A stretch of 64,000 nucleotides of DNA. Source: Dehalococcoidia bacterium (lineage in GTDB: Bacteria; Chloroflexota; Dehalococcoidia; Bin125). This document shows positions 28,259-36,212 of the stretch, piece after piece. Location: the NCBI GenBank assembly GCA_963663235.2, contig CAXXNO010000004.1:132515-196514 (forward strand). Direction: 5' to 3'. Position 1 is the stretch's first letter, and each line of letters opens with the position of its first letter. The translations under genes were made by a program, and so were the position numbers. The notes beneath the pieces are model-generated. The model made no database searches, had not been told where the DNA came from, and worked only from the letters and a program-made list of their open reading frames with translations.

Positions 28259-28852
28259 CTATCGCCGCGAGCAGCGCCGCGAGCAGCGCCGCAGATGCGC
28301 CGCAGATGCGCCGCCGTCACCGGCGCCGGCCAGGCCGCCGCCGCCCGCGGCGGGCAGGGCAGCCGGCGGGGAGTCCTCCGGGCCAGCCTCCACCTCTGGA
28401 GCAGCCTCTTCCACCGGCGCCGAGACCGTGAACGCGACCGTCATTCCGGCCTCGTAGTGGAAGGGGACGTTGCAGATAAGCACGTAGTCCCCGGGTGCGA
28501 GCGTGAAGGTCGCGCTCTGCGTCAGGCCGGGGGCGACCTCCTCGATCTCGCCGATCACGTCGAGCGCGCTCACGTCGACCTCGGCGCCGTCCGCGGTCAG
28601 CGGCAGCGCGGCGGGGGCCAGATCAGTGCGGATGACGATGAGCTCGTGCTCCCCCGAGCCGGTGTTGGCGGCCTCGAAGGTGACGTCCCCGGCCTCGACC
28701 GAGCCGACGTCCGGCGTCACGCTCCATTCGTGCAGGTCAACGTTCACCGTCGCGGCGTGGGCTGATACGTCGCCGCCTTGGGCCGCGACGGCGAACAGCG
28801 CAACTGCCGCGGTGAATCCCACGAGCGTCAGCACAGCGGTCGACGGGCTCAT
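28259..28852 (-). CDS. cupredoxin (type-1 copper) domain protein; C-terminal anchor disrupted by a frameshifting duplication
   Basis: AAGGAG SD plus ATG 28852, then a signal/anchor helix. The copper-ligand pattern is H(EHELIV)...C-x4-H-x4-M (LICNVPFHYEAGM). The current C-terminus is ..LPAAGGGGLAGAGDGGASAAHLRRCSRRCSRR*. See the finding at 28267-28312. Confidence 0.8.
   Translation of the reverse strand: MSPSTAVLTLVGFTAAVALFAVAAQGGDVSAHAATVNVDLHEWSVTPDVGSVEAGDVTFEAANTGSGEHELIVIRTDLAPAALPLTADGAEVDVSALDVIGEIEEVAPGLTQSATFTLAPGDYVLICNVPFHYEAGMTVAFTVSAPVEEAAPEVEAGPEDSPPAALPAAGGGGLAGAGDGGASAAHLRRCSRRCSRR
28267..28312. repeat. adjacent exact tandem duplications: 12 bp x2 (28267-28290) and 11 bp x2 (28291-28312)
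   Basis: gcgagcagcgcc gcgagcagcgcc gcagatgcgcc gcagatgcgcc, read directly from the plus strand. Confidence 0.95.
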
Positions 28853-29496
28853 GCATCGCTCCTTGTCATTTTTCATTGCCGCGGGCTGCGGAGGCGACTC
28901 CGCGGCGGACGGGGAGAGCGCATCCCCCGCCGACTCTGCGACGGCGCGCGAGGCTAGAACGGCGGCGGGCACCGTTCAGCATTTGTTTCGATGATGAATC
29001 ATACAGCGTCATCCGGGGACGAGGGCACGTCGATCATGGCTGTTCGAGGCGGAGCTCGTAGGCGACGGTGACGGCGGGCGCGGCCACAGCGGTGTGGGGT
29101 CAATCGGGCGAGGGGTGTCACGGCGGGGAAGGTTGAGCGGATGGGCGCGGAGGGCATCGTGGGGTCCGGCCCGGAAGGGAACGGGTTTTCTGTCACCCCG
29201 CGCGAGGCGCGCCGCATCTGGTGGAGCAGGGCGAAGGCGCGTCGGAGGGGGCGGAAAGGGACAGAAAGGGACGGCAGCCGACGCGGGCCGGACACGGATC
29301 GGACGGGGCGTGGACGTCGATCGGACAGGGGGGCGGCACGGCGTCGCAGCCGGGGGCCGCGCGCGAGGCCGTGCAGGAGGGCGCGGACCCGATCGTCGGT
29401 GGGGGGAGGGACGGAGAGCAGGGGATCGCGACACTCGAACATGTGTTCTATTATAGCGGACCCGGGGTGCTCTGTGAAATGGGCAGCCGGAGGGGG

Positions 29497-29985
29497 CTAG
29501 CGGAGGGCGTAGACGTCGGTGATGGAGCCGCCGAGGTCCGGGTTGACTTGGGCGATGCCGACGGCCTGGACGCGGTTGAGCCAGAGGTAGTCGGGGTGGG
29601 AGGTCTCGAAGCGGGGGAGGGTGCGGACGATCTTGGCGGGGGGCAACTGGCCGCGTCGGATCTGTTCGAGGGCGTTTTCTCCGAAGTCGGCAAGGCCGCT
29701 GTAGTAGTTGTAGATGAGGGCGCCGTCGTGGGTCTCGATGGTGCCGCGGGCGTCGACCACGCCCATGCCGTCGGGGCGGACGATGAGCCAGTCGCCGCCG
29801 ACGGGGAGGAAGCGGCCGCGCAGCCTGGGGCCGACGAGCTCGCCGCCCTCGCGGTAGACGATGAGGCGCAGGCCGGCGGGGCTCTCGCCGATGAGCTCGG
29901 GCGGCAGGCGCAGCTTGGACTGGCTGCTGTAGAGGTACTCCAGGTCGTACTTGTTGTGCGGTCCGCCTTCGAGCGTGGATGGCAT
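29497..29985 (-). CDS. DUF3237 (UPF0311) family protein
   Basis: GLRLIVYREGGELVGPRLRGRFLPVGGDWLIVRPDGMGVVDARGTIETHDGALIY matches my recollection of the DUF3237 beta-barrel family. Confidence 0.82.
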   Translation of the reverse strand: MPSTLEGGPHNKYDLEYLYSSQSKLRLPPELIGESPAGLRLIVYREGGELVGPRLRGRFLPVGGDWLIVRPDGMGVVDARGTIETHDGALIYNYYSGLADFGENALEQIRRGQLPPAKIVRTLPRFETSHPDYLWLNRVQAVGIAQVNPDLGGSITDVYALR

Positions 29986-29995
29986 GGGTGATCCT

Positions 29996-30153
29996 CCTTC
30001 GATCCTTCGACAAGCCTTCGACCTCGCTCAGGCCAGGGCTCAGGACAGGTTTGCTCAGGATACGCGGGGGGAGGGGGAACCTCACCCTTCCGCTGTGCGA
30101 AGGGCGCAAGCGCCCCCTGGCCCTCCTTCGACTCGCCTGCGGCTCGCTCAGGA
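29996..30153. repeat. REP/MITE-like intergenic repeat (type A core plus degenerate ccttcgac / ctcgctcagg units)
   Basis: 30078-30153 (aacctcacccttccgctgtgcgaagggcgcaagcgccccctggccctccttcgactcgcctgcggctcgctcagga) recurs almost exactly at 34921, 35081, 35935 and 36095. Confidence 0.85.
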
Positions 30154-30170
30154 GAGGGGGAGAAGAAGGG

Positions 30171-31547
30171 CTAGAGCGGGGGGCGGCGGGTGTGCCAGTC
30201 GGTGGCCTGTTGGTAGGCGTGGGCGACGCGGAAGAGGCCGACCTCGTCGAAGTGGCGGGCGGCGATCTGGAGGCCGATGGGCAGGCCCCGGCTGTCGAAG
30301 CCGCCGGGGAGGCTGAGGGCGGGGACGCCGGTGACGTTGAAGTCCATGATGTAGCGCGCGAGCACGAACCTGGGGTCGCCCTCCTCGATGGTGGGGGCGA
30401 CGACGGGGCTGGTGGGGGAGATCAGCACGTCGACGTGCTGTAGCGCCTCGCGGGTCTCGGCGATCAGTTGCGTGCGCAGGCGCTGCGCGTTGACGTAGGC
30501 CGTCGCCGGGATGAGGCTGCCCGCCTCCAGCAGGGCGCGGGACTCCGGGCTATAGCGGTCGCCGTACTCACGCAGCCAGGGAGCGTGGTAGGTGGCGACC
30601 TCGACGGCCAGGATGGGAAGGCGACGGTTGGCAGCAAGGAGCGGAAGCGAGACGTCGCGGACCTCCGCGCCCAACCCGCGGTAGAGACCGAGCGCGGCCT
30701 CGCAGGCGGCCTCGACCTCCTCATCGCAGCGGTTCCAGAACAGGTCGCGGGCCAGGCCGATGCGGAGCCCCTCGACGCCCTTGCCCAAATCACGGGTGAA
30801 GTCCTCGACCGGCTCGTCGGCGGAGCCGGAATCGGCGGGGTCGTAGCCGGCCATCGCGTTGAGCATGAGCGCGGCGTCCTCCACCGTCCTAGTGAACGAG
30901 CCGAGGTGGTCCAGCGACCAGGAGAAGGCGAGCACGCCGATGCGGCTGATGCGACCGTAGGTGGGCTTGAAGCCCACGAGATTGCAGAGCGCCGCGGGGA
31001 GGCGGACCGAGCCACCGGTATCGGTCCCGAGCGAGCCCAGAGCGGAGCCAGCGGCCACGGAGGCCGCGCTGCCGCCGCTGCTGCCACCGGCCACGCGCGT
31101 CGTGTCCCAAGGGTTGGCCACCGCGCCGTAGAACGGATTGATGCTGGTGGTGCTGAGGGCGAACTCGTGCAGGTTGAGCTTGCCGGTCAACACCGCGCCC
31201 GCCTCCTTGAGGCGAGTGACCACCGCGGCGTCCACCTCCGGGACGCGGTCGCGGAGGAAATCGGAGCCGGCGGTAGTGGTGATGCCGGCGGTATCGATCA
31301 CGTCCTTGAGAGCGAGAGGGATGCCGTGCAGCGGACCGCGGTCGCGGCCGGCGCGGAGCTCATCGTCGGCGGCGGCGGCGCGCTCGCGGGCGAGGCCGGC
31401 CGTGACGGTGATGTAGGTGCGGAGGGCGGGCTGGGTCTGCTCGATGCGAGCGAGGACGGAGTCGGTGAGAGCAGCCGAGGTGAGGGAGCCGTCGCGCAGG
31501 GCGTCGCCGGCTTGGCGGATGGTGAGGTCGTAGGGCTCGCTACCCAT
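30171..31547 (-). CDS. amidase (amidase-signature family, GatA/AtzE-like)
   Basis: GGSSGGSAASVAAGSALGSLGTDTGGSVRLPAALCNLVGFKPTYGRIS. ATG 31547 lies 2 nt after the stop of the upstream small ORF, with GGAGGG inside that ORF's end. Confidence 0.93.
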   Translation of the reverse strand: MGSEPYDLTIRQAGDALRDGSLTSAALTDSVLARIEQTQPALRTYITVTAGLARERAAAADDELRAGRDRGPLHGIPLALKDVIDTAGITTTAGSDFLRDRVPEVDAAVVTRLKEAGAVLTGKLNLHEFALSTTSINPFYGAVANPWDTTRVAGGSSGGSAASVAAGSALGSLGTDTGGSVRLPAALCNLVGFKPTYGRISRIGVLAFSWSLDHLGSFTRTVEDAALMLNAMAGYDPADSGSADEPVEDFTRDLGKGVEGLRIGLARDLFWNRCDEEVEAACEAALGLYRGLGAEVRDVSLPLLAANRRLPILAVEVATYHAPWLREYGDRYSPESRALLEAGSLIPATAYVNAQRLRTQLIAETREALQHVDVLISPTSPVVAPTIEEGDPRFVLARYIMDFNVTGVPALSLPGGFDSRGLPIGLQIAARHFDEVGLFRVAHAYQQATDWHTRRPPL

Positions 31548-31549
31548 CG

Positions 31550-31753
31550 TTAGTCCCTCCGGATACGCAAGGCGAAGGCGGGGTGGGTGTCGCCCAAGTC
31601 GAGGGCGGTGTACTGCCCGAAGCGCGAGAGGAGGGCCTCGGCGAGGGGCGCCATCGCACGGAGGCGGTCATCGGGGAGGTCGAGGCCGGCGGCTTCGGCC
31701 AAGACGCGCAGGCGGGCGAGGCGCTGGGCCTCGTCGAGGTCGTCGGTGGGCAC
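31550..31753 (-). CDS. small GatC-like / AtzG-like (DUF4089-type) amidase partner protein, 67 aa
   Basis: Hidden inside spurious ORF 31550..33127. AAGGAG plus a 7-nt spacer precede GTG 31753. The product is MPTDDLDEAQRLARLRVLAEAAGLDLPDDRLRAMAPLAEALLSRFGQYTALDLGDTHPAFALRIRRD*. The pattern resembles GatC (L.L..ee......l..il.....l..vD....P). It is tightly coupled to the amidase. Confidence 0.7.
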   Translation of the reverse strand: MPTDDLDEAQRLARLRVLAEAAGLDLPDDRLRAMAPLAEALLSRFGQYTALDLGDTHPAFALRIRRD

Positions 31754-31903
31754 GGTCGGGCTCCTTCGCAGCGCGGGGCGCGGGGCCGCAGGATAGCAGC
31801 GTGGGGGCCGGCGGGGGGGCTGGAAGCGAGCGGCGGCTTGGCGGCGGCGGGGGCGTACGACAGAATGGCCGCACGATCCAGAGAACCGCAAGAAGGAAGC
31901 GCC

Positions 31904-33103
31904 ATGGACGACGGCCGGGGCATCCGCGACAAGGTGTGCATCGTTGGAGTGGGGGAGTCGGAGTACGGACGGCACGGCTCGATCGACCGTCCGGAGTTTC
32001 AGCTGGCGCTGCAGGCGATCCTGGCGGCGTGCGCCGACGCGGGGCTGGACCCGCGCCGCCTGGACGGGTTTGCGTCGTACGCGAACGACCGCAACGACCC
32101 GATGCGAGTGGCGACGGCGCTGGGGGTCCCGGATTACGGCTTCAGCAACATGTACTGGGGCGGCGGGGGCGGGGGAGTGGCCGGCGCGGTTGGCAACGCA
32201 GCGGCGGGGATCGTGGCGGGGTACGCGGACTACGTCGTCTCGTACCGGGCGCTGGCGCAGGGGCAATTCCGTCGCTTCGGGCAGTTGCTGATGGAGGGGC
32301 GGGTGAACGAAGCGAACGCGTTTCGCCTGCCGGCAGGGCTGCTCACGCCGGCGCAGCGGTTCGCGATGCCGATCAAGCGCTACATGCACGAATACGGGAT
32401 CACGAGCCGACAGCTGGGACAGATCGCGGTGGCATCGTACAAGCACGCGCAGCACAACCCGCGGGCGGTGATGTACGGCAAGCCGATCACGATCGAGGAC
32501 CACCAGAACTCGCGGATCATCGCCGACCCGCTGCGGCTGTTCGACTGCTGCCAGGAGACCGACGGCGCGGCGGCGGTGATCCTGACGACACCGGAGCGGG
32601 CGCGGGACCTCAAGCGGAAGCCCGTCTACCTGGGGGGTGCGGCGCAGGGGAGCTCCTACCGGCAGGGCGCCGGGGGCGAGACGCGGCCGGACTACAGCAC
32701 GGCGGGGTTCTCGACGGTGGCGCGGCGGCTGTTCAAGTCGGCGGGGATGGGGCCGGAAGAGATCGACGTGGCGCAGATGTACGAGAACTTCACGGGCCTG
32801 GTGCTGATGTCGCTGGAGGACCACGGCTTCTGCGGGCGGGGCGAGGCGGGGCAGTTCGTCGAGGGGGGGCGCATCGAACACAAGCGAGTCGCCGAGGTGG
32901 ACGCCCCCCACGCCGGCGAACTGCCGATCAACACCAGCGGCGGCAACCTGGCCGAAGCGTACACGCACGGCTTCGAATTGATGGTGGAAGGGGTGCGGCA
33001 GATGCGCGGGGACTCCACGCTGCCGGTGGAGGGGGCGCGGACGTGTCTGGTGTCGAGCGGGCCGGGGGTGGCGCCGGTCAGCGACGTGATCCTGCACAAC
33101 TGA
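31904..33103 (+). CDS. thiolase-like (SCP-x / lipid-transfer type) protein
   Basis: Start at ATG 31904, with GAAGGAAG upstream. KVCIVGVGESEYGRHG.., a CCQETDGAAAVIL active-site Cys context, and C-terminal NTSGGNLAEAYTHG. Confidence 0.88.
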   Translation: MDDGRGIRDKVCIVGVGESEYGRHGSIDRPEFQLALQAILAACADAGLDPRRLDGFASYANDRNDPMRVATALGVPDYGFSNMYWGGGGGGVAGAVGNAAAGIVAGYADYVVSYRALAQGQFRRFGQLLMEGRVNEANAFRLPAGLLTPAQRFAMPIKRYMHEYGITSRQLGQIAVASYKHAQHNPRAVMYGKPITIEDHQNSRIIADPLRLFDCCQETDGAAAVILTTPERARDLKRKPVYLGGAAQGSSYRQGAGGETRPDYSTAGFSTVARRLFKSAGMGPEEIDVAQMYENFTGLVLMSLEDHGFCGRGEAGQFVEGGRIEHKRVAEVDAPHAGELPINTSGGNLAEAYTHGFELMVEGVRQMRGDSTLPVEGARTCLVSSGPGVAPVSDVILHN

Positions 33104-33119
33104 GACGAGCGAGAGGGCC

Positions 33120-33578
33120 ATGAGCAAAGACGGCGCGGAGTTCGTCGATAGCCGCTACTTCCCCGAAGGGGTGCCCGAGCCGGACCCGGACGATCCGCTG
33201 AGCAAAGGGTTCTGGGACGCGGCGAAAGAGGGGCGGCTGGTGGTGCAATGCTGCCAGGGCTGTGGGACGTTGCAGCATCCGCCGGAGCTGATCTGCCACC
33301 AGTGTCTATCGTTCGACCACCTGAGCTGGCAGGTGATGGCGGGAACGGGGACCGTGTGGTCTTGCATTAACGTGGTGCATCCCGCGAACGCCAAGGTGAA
33401 GGAGCGCGGCCCCTATAACGTCGCGCTGGTGCAACTGGACGACCACCCCGAGATCCGGATGCTGAGCAACGTCATCGACGTAGAGTTCGACGAGTTGGAG
33501 ATCGGGATGCCGGTGCGGGTGGTGTTCGAGCGGACGGCGCCGGACCTGGTGCAGCCGCGGTGGCGCCGGGCGGAGTAG
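33120..33578 (+). CDS. Zn-ribbon/OB-fold protein (DUF35 family), usual partner of SCP-x-type thiolases
   Basis: Rubredoxin-like CQGCGTLQHPPELICHQC is followed by an OB-fold segment (YNVALVQLDDHPEIRMLSNV). Confidence 0.9.
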   Translation: MSKDGAEFVDSRYFPEGVPEPDPDDPLSKGFWDAAKEGRLVVQCCQGCGTLQHPPELICHQCLSFDHLSWQVMAGTGTVWSCINVVHPANAKVKERGPYNVALVQLDDHPEIRMLSNVIDVEFDELEIGMPVRVVFERTAPDLVQPRWRRAE

Positions 33579-33593
33579 CGAGCCGGAACACCA

Positions 33594-34439
33594 GTGCGGG
33601 TGACCTTCCTGGGCACGGGGATGAGCGTCCTCAGCGCCGAGCGGGCGGGGGCGGCGCTCTTCGTGGCCGAAGAGGAAGCGGGCATCCTGCTGGACTGCGG
33701 CCCGGGCGCGCTGGAGCGCGCGGCCGCGGCCGGGATCGCGCTGGAGCGCATCCAGGCGGTCTTTCTCAGCCACCTGCACTTCGACCACGCGCTGGGCATG
33801 GCAGAGTTGTTGACGCGCCTCGCCTTCACCGGCAAGCCGCTGCCGGCGGTCTACGGGCCCGCGGGCACAGGCGACTACGTGTCGAGCGCGGCGGAGTACG
33901 GGCGGACGCAGTTGCGTTACCTGGGCGGCGGGCGGTTCGTCGAGCGGCTGGAGCGCGTGGAGGTGGAAGAGGTGGCATCGGGCGACGAGCGGGTGGTGGC
34001 GGGGCTGCGGGTGGCGTCGGTGGCGGTGCCGCACTCGGTGCACATCGCGGCGCAGGCGCGTCGGGTCAGCGTTGCGGATGCGTCGGGATCGGAAGGCGCG
34101 CTGATTTATGGCGGGGACTGTCGCCCCGCGCCGGAGGTTCTCATTCCGTTCGGCCGTGACGCGGCGGTGCTGGTGCACGAGTGCTACAGCGAGGAGGGGC
34201 TGCGCGCCTACGCGGAGACGCTCAGCGTGGAAGCGGGGGCGGCGATGCGAAGCGCGTTCGCGCGGTCGCACAGCACGGTGGGAGAGGCGGCGCGGATCGC
34301 GCAGTTGGCGGGGGTGCGGCGGCTGGCGCTGACACACCTGCTGCCGACGGAGCGCGAGGAGCGGCTGTTCGAAACGGCGCGGCAGCACTTCGCGGGGGAT
34401 GTGATCATCGCGCGGGACGGCTTGAGCATCGCGGTGTAG
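33594..34439 (+). CDS. MBL-fold metallo-hydrolase
   Basis: Metal motif LSHLHFDH, an N-terminal beta-strand (MRVTFLGTG), and a late LTHL. Confidence 0.88.
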   Translation: MRVTFLGTGMSVLSAERAGAALFVAEEEAGILLDCGPGALERAAAAGIALERIQAVFLSHLHFDHALGMAELLTRLAFTGKPLPAVYGPAGTGDYVSSAAEYGRTQLRYLGGGRFVERLERVEVEEVASGDERVVAGLRVASVAVPHSVHIAAQARRVSVADASGSEGALIYGGDCRPAPEVLIPFGRDAAVLVHECYSEEGLRAYAETLSVEAGAAMRSAFARSHSTVGEAARIAQLAGVRRLALTHLLPTEREERLFETARQHFAGDVIIARDGLSIAV

Positions 34440-34452
34440 GCGGGGAGGCCGA

Positions 34453-34812
34453 GTGGAGGTCAGCGAGCTGACGGTGATGGTTGGGAGCGAGCAACCCGAG
34501 CGGCTGGCGGCGTTCTATCGCGACGCGCTGGGGCTGCCGCTGCTGCCCGAATTTCACGACCCGGTCTTCCGCGTCGGCGGGGCGAAGGTGCGGATCATCC
34601 GCCACTCGGCGGTGGAGGGACGGAACCGAGAGCCGGCGCGGGTGCAGATCAACCTGTTCGTGGAGGACGTGCGGGCGGAGTGGGAGCGGCTGACGGCGCT
34701 GGGGGTGCCGTTCGCGCGGGAGCCGGAGCGGGAGGGGTGGGGCGGGGTGGTGGCGACGATGGAGGACCCGGACGGGAACTACGTGCAGATCATCGAGCAG
34801 GTGCGAGGCTAG
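34453..34812 (+). CDS. VOC-family (glyoxalase/bleomycin-resistance fold) protein
   Basis: AAFYRDALGLP.., C-terminal GGVVATMEDPDGNYVQIIE. Confidence 0.8.
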   Translation: MEVSELTVMVGSEQPERLAAFYRDALGLPLLPEFHDPVFRVGGAKVRIIRHSAVEGRNREPARVQINLFVEDVRAEWERLTALGVPFAREPEREGWGGVVATMEDPDGNYVQIIEQVRG

Positions 34813-34826
34813 GGGGGCTGTCGGCG

Positions 34827-35205
34827 GACCTCACCCGCCTCTCCCCCTCTCCATCGGCAAGCGATGGAGAGGGGGAGAGGCGGGTCGGGCGGGGAGGGGG
34901 CATTCGGCGTCGGGCGGGGAGAGCTCACCCTTCCGCTGTGCGAAGGGCGCAAGCGCCCCCTGGCCTCCTCCATAGGTGGGGAACGAACCTCACCCGCCTC
35001 TCCCCCCTCTCCATCGGCAAGCGATGGAGAGGGGGGAGAGGCGGGTCGGCCGGCGAGGGGGCGTTCGGCGTCGGGCGGGGAGACCTCACCCTTCCGCTGT
35101 GCGAAGGGCGCAAGCGCCCCCTGGCCTCCTTCGACTCGCCTGCGGCTCGCTCAGGACAGGCCCTCTCCATCCTTCTCAGGAGGGAAGGATGGAGAGGGGG
35201 GAGAA
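34827..35205. repeat. composite REP/MITE-like array B-A-B-A (left flank of higBA)
   Basis: B units contain a perfect 23-24-bp stem (cccgcctctccccctctccatcg / cgatggagagggggagaggcggg, loop gcaag; 34834-34884 and about 35000-35052). A units contain cctcacccttccgctgtgcgaagggcgcaagcgccccctggcc. Confidence 0.9.
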
Positions 35206-35295
35206 GGGTCGGACATCGAGGGGCTCAGGGCAGGCAAGGCGAGCGGAGCAGGGGGGAGGAGCGATCTGTAGGGCGGGCGGCGGTCGTCTGCTCAA

Positions 35296-35318
35296 GAGTG
35301 ATATTGATACAATCACTC
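35296..35318. promoter_or_regulatory. candidate higBA operator/promoter (GAGTGAT-N9-ATCACTC overlapping TTGATA)
   Basis: A 7-bp inverted repeat sits in an AT-richer patch 22 bp upstream of the higB start. TTGATA is at 35304-35309, and a weak -10 (tagtct) lies about 18 nt downstream. Confidence 0.4.
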
Positions 35319-35339
35319 CATCACACCTAGTCTGCTTAG

Positions 35340-35633
35340 GTGGAGGTTGAGTACCGCAGCAGGTCTCTGGCGAGGCGGGGCGCCGATGAGCGGGAGGCCG
35401 CGAAGGCGTGGGGTGTGTCTGTTGCGCGCAAATACATCCAGCGCTTGCAGATCATCGCCGCGGCACCGACGTGGGAAGCCCTGCGGTCGTACCGCGCTCT
35501 GGGCCTTCATCCGCTCAAAGGTACGCGCCGGGGGGAGTACGCGATGACGTTGACGGGTCGTTGGCGGCTGATCGTGCGGCCTGAGGGCGAGACGGTTTGG
35601 ATCGAGGAGGTATCACAGCACTATGGCGATTAA
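35340..35633 (+). CDS. higB: type II toxin, HigB / plasmid-maintenance-killer (RelE/ParE superfamily)
   Basis: GTG start. ..YIQRLQIIAAAPTWEALRSYRALGLHPLKGTRRGEYAMTLTGRWRLIV.. matches the HigB pattern. It overlaps the downstream antitoxin gene by 11 nt. Confidence 0.85.
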   Translation: MEVEYRSRSLARRGADEREAAKAWGVSVARKYIQRLQIIAAAPTWEALRSYRALGLHPLKGTRRGEYAMTLTGRWRLIVRPEGETVWIEEVSQHYGD

Positions 35634-35925
35634 CCGGACCCAGATTGCGGAACTGCCGATCCCGCCGGGGGAGCTGCTTGCCGAGGAGTTGGAGGCGCGA
35701 GCGATGACGCAAAAGGCGCTTGCGGAGGCGATGGGGCGACCGGCCAAGGTGATCAACGAGATCATCAGCGGTAAGAAGGCGATCACCGCCGAGACGGCGC
35801 TGCAGCTGGAGCGAGTACTCGGGACCGACGCGACGACGTGGGTGCGACTCGAGGCGGACTATCAGCTCCGCAAGGCGAGGCGCGCGGCGGAGGAGCGGGA
35901 AAGGGCGGCGGCTACGGGAGCCTGA
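35623..35925 (+). CDS. higA: type II antitoxin HigA (XRE-type HTH)
   Basis: PIPPGELLAEELEARAMTQKALAEAMGRPAKVINEIISGKKAITAETALQLERVLG is the canonical HigA/VapI HTH. Confidence 0.9.
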   Translation: MAINRTQIAELPIPPGELLAEELEARAMTQKALAEAMGRPAKVINEIISGKKAITAETALQLERVLGTDATTWVRLEADYQLRKARRAAEERERAAATGA

Positions 35926-35934
35926 GGCGGGCGC

Positions 35935-36205
35935 AACCTCACCCTTCCGCTGTGCGAAGGGCGCAAGCGCCCCCTGGCCCCCTTCATAGGTGGGGAACGA
36001 ACCTCACCCGCCTCTCCCCCCTCTCCATCGGCAAGCGATGGAGAGGGGGGAGAGGCGGGTCGGGCGGCGAGGGGCGCTCGGCGTCGGGCGGGGAGACCTC
36101 ACCCTTCCGCTGTGCGAAGGGCGCAAGCGCCCCCTGGCCTCCTTCGACTCGCCTGCGGCTCGCTCAGGACGGGCCCTCTCCATCGGCGAGCGATGGAGAG
36201 GGGTG
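35935..36205. repeat. composite REP/MITE-like array A-B-A (right flank of higBA)
   Basis: By eye it aligns with 34921-35205 with only scattered mismatches over about 270 bp. It begins 10 nt after the higA stop and ends just before the stop of the convergent methyltransferase gene. Confidence 0.9.
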
Positions 36206-36212
36206 GAGGCCG

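Noticed and set aside
28972-29496. 0.5-kb gap containing ORF 28999..29442 (-), which starts 7 nt after a perfect TATAAT (minus strand; plus-strand attata at 29450-29455) and so looks like a leaderless gene
   Set aside because: The translation is Pro/Arg-rich (..RPRPVRSVSGPRRLPSLSVPFRPLRR..) with no motif and only moderate third-position bias. I keep it as non-coding or decayed DNA. The TATAAT-ATG arrangement could still be tested by TSS mapping.
31550-33127. 525-aa minus-strand ORF
   Set aside because: Only its last 67 codons (31550-31753) look like protein and have a start signal. The rest is antisense to the thiolase-like gene.
34827-36205. Possible CRISPR array
   Set aside because: The intervening segments are themselves repeated, as two alternating unit types. 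Unit lengths are irregular, the units contain long hairpins, and no cas genes are nearby. A REP/MITE-like array fits better.
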